DNA of 64,000 nucleotides from Mytilus californianus (lineage: Eukaryota), in NCBI RefSeq assembly GCF_021869535.1, contig NW_026262745.1, positions 43,462,001 to 43,526,000 on the forward strand. Direction: 5' to 3'. Each line of letters begins with the position of its first letter. Position 1 is the first letter of the stretch. A program made the translations under genes and the position numbers. The notes under the pieces are model-generated. The model worked only from the letters and a program-made list of their open reading frames with translations, was not told the origin of the DNA and did no database searches. Shown in pieces: positions 63,096-64,000 of this stretch.

Positions 63096-64000
63096 AAAGC
63101 ATGATGCGCTTTGGATGATAAATTTAGAAATTAATAATTATACAATTTTATAAACAAAATTTGTAGGTTGTCAATGGTGAAAAAGCATCTATGAGTTCTT
63201 ATAGTCGTCAGAATAGATTCAAAAAGCAAGACAGTATGGCAGACATTAAAAGCAGTAATTGTGATGAAACAAATATGGGTAAATATATATCTCTCTCCTT
63301 TTCTCTCTCCCGTTTTTGCAAAAACTGGTGACAAAAGTAATTATCCTCCTAATAAAAACTTTAAATGATTAATACGTTCTCTGCATGCATCTCTTGATGT
63401 ATAAAAGTAGATTAAGCAAATTAAGGTCAATATACGTTCCTCTGTTCACAAATAAACCAGGATAGGACACTTTAAAAGACAGGGTTTTTTTTGGGGGGGG
63501 GGGGGGGGGTATAAATATATATTTGTGTAAAATAGTTTTGTAGAAAATGTGTCTTCACAGGAGAAGGTTACAATCTTGTATACCAACTGGCTGATCTTTG
63601 CCAAGATATGTAAATCAAAGAACTTTCAGTGAGCAATCACACACTCTACACGCCCCATATAATTAAAAGTTTTTGAACGTTTTGTATCAAATGATTTGTT
63701 CAAAATTGAAAAGCATTGTTTCTGTTACTCCCATACAGGAAACAACTCTAATGAACACACAAGTAAGGGTCAAGTCACGTGGAATTCACACAAGATGAAG
63801 TCCATGAGAGATTCAACACGACTCGGCACTTCCTTGCATGGAACAAACTTGTCTACATTAATGACAAATACAAATTATGGTATTGTCTTTGGTATTGAAA
63901 TCACAAACTGGACAAAGTATCATCTGACCGAACCAAAAACGAAGACATATTCAGGATACATATCAACGCCCGCTGTTTCAGTAAGACCTGGACATAAAGA

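Overview
AT-rich, repeat-dense eukaryotic genomic DNA. The repeat families (Naiad-type Penelope-like elements, tRNA-derived SINEs, HINE/pearl-like elements) point to a bivalve mollusc, probably a mytilid mussel; this is inferred from sequence style and was not searched. Host genes: a 3-exon MFS transporter of the MFSD4/sodium-dependent glucose transporter type (minus strand, 20737->15933, 535 aa) and an intact UDP-glucuronosyltransferase with an intron-free CDS (37688-39217), followed by a roughly 99%-identical tandem copy that is broken (42244-43772). The most notable mobile elements are three. (1) A complete IS3EU-type DDE transposon (9443-15857, 6-bp TSD ATAATC). Its ~450-bp TIRs are built from 21-bp tandem arrays, its right TIR is tandemly duplicated, and it sits about 75 bp past the MFS stop codon. 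(2) A young 1.9-kb LTR element (6115-8022) whose only, intact ORF is a zinc-knuckle plus coiled-coil protein with no pol. (3) A 2.4-kb foldback element (50080-52473) with ~900-bp arms, RSS-heptamer-like CACCGTG ends and a 5-bp TSD, inserted into the NYRP motif of an old CR1-type LINE. Also present: a minisatellite that repeats the MFS exon-1 splice donor six times, a palindromic Naiad insertion, and back-to-back tRNA-like Pol III promoters. No CRISPR array, rRNA or intact tRNA gene was found.
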